Positions 63,304 to 64,000 of a stretch of DNA of 64,000 nt are shown here, in pieces. How positions within the stretch are numbered: the stretch's first letter is position 1; each line of letters opens with the position of its first letter. The stretch lies in NCBI GenBank assembly GCA_016207165.1, contig JACQQD010000009.1, positions 1-64,000 of the forward strand, in the 5' to 3' direction. The translations under genes were made by a program, and so were the position numbers. The notes under the pieces are model-generated. The model made no database searches. It was given only the letters and a program-made list of their open reading frames with translations, and was not told the origin of the DNA. This DNA is from Candidatus Micrarchaeota archaeon (GTDB taxonomy: Archaea > Micrarchaeota > Micrarchaeia > Norongarragalinales > Norongarragalinaceae).

Positions 63304-64000
63304 TGCGCGGTCACCAATTCCGTTGGATGCATGACGCGCATCAGTGCTTCGGTGCAATGCGCCATGCTTCGGCATTCTTGGGGGCCGATGTGGGCGATGC
63401 GCAGCATTTTTTCTTTCCAGACGCCTTGGCCGCCGGCGATCTGGATGCCTTGTTTCGCCAAGGCGTTTTTGATTTCTTTGGCTTGGTCTGTGAGAAACGC
63501 GGTGATGGTGGCGGATTGGAAGCCTTGTTCGGCAAAGTTCTCAAATCCGGTGGCTTCCACGGCCTCTCGGGCCATGCGCGCCGCGTCCTCGTGCAGTTGA
63601 ATGCGGGCGTCCAGTCCCTCTTCAAACAATTCCTGCAACGCGTTCTGAAGGCCGTAAAACGTGGGCAAACTGGGGGTGTACGGCGTTTCGTTTCGCTCGT
63701 AGAATTTCTTGTAGCGTTTGAGGTCCAAGCCGTAGGTAGGAATGCGTTTTTTGGATTCGATTTCTTGCATGGCTTCGCTTGAAACCATCACAAACCCCAG
63801 TCCCGGCGGCGCCGCCAGGCTTTTCTGGGAGGCGGAGGTGCACGCGTCGATGCCCCACCCCTTGCAATCCAGTTCCATGCCGCCCAAGGAACTGACGGCG
63901 TCCACGAGGATGCGGGCGCCGTTTTTCTTTGCCACGCTCGCCACGCCTTTCACGTCGTTGGTCACTCCGGTGGCCGTCTCGTTTTGCACCATGCACACCC
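63300..64000 (-). CDS. Class V PLP aminotransferase (archaeal SerC-type), 5' end outside window
   Basis: NETATGV, VDAVSS, ASQKSLAAPPG, TPYTP. In an operon with serA and serB. Confidence 0.88.
   Translation of the reverse strand, partial: VCMVQNETATGVTNDVKGVASVAKKNGARILVDAVSSLGGMELDCKGWGIDACTSASQKSLAAPPGLGFVMVSSEAMQEIESKKRIPTYGLDLKRYKKFYERNETPYTPSLPTFYGLQNALQELFEEGLDARIQLHEDAARMAREAVEATGFENFAEQGFQSATITAFLTDQAKEIKNALAKQGIQIAGGQGVWKEKMLRIAHIGPQECRSMAHCTEALMRVMHPTELVTAQ

Overview
This is an archaeal chromosomal window, GC-rich and read with the standard code. The gene set (Alba, LSm, aIF-2beta, aIF-1A, aIF-5A, MCM, RIO1, archaeal TPI, CTP-dependent riboflavin kinase, FtsZ2-type paralogs) and many orphan membrane and surface proteins suggest a DPANN, probably Micrarchaeota-like, organism (inference). 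The left end holds a surface-glycoprotein region with two 'large secreted protein + membrane-anchored partner' pairs, and an SMC gene split in its Walker A motif by a 541-aa LAGLIDADG intein. Then come thiE-thiC-thiL, Alba, tRNA-Val(GAC), tRNA-Ala(GGC) next to AlaX, housekeeping genes and a 2114-aa Cys-rich membrane protein. Further right are about 10 small membrane-protein genes split by a hybrid archaeal/bacterial riboflavin operon, DNA ligase, tandem ftsZ genes and a serC-serA-serB operon. The most notable non-coding features are: (i) a family of TAGCAA...TTGCTA palindromic elements at four loci, three of which end in a TATA box 29-30 nt before an ATG; (ii) a promoter-preceded, multi-helix ~233-nt candidate ncRNA (18896-19128) flanked by two paralogous orphans and a 39-aa Lys-rich peptide; (iii) a ~105-nt rod-like cUUCGg hairpin RNA candidate (61512-61616). 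No CRISPR array, rRNA or transposase was seen. All calls come from reading the sequence by eye; no searches were run.
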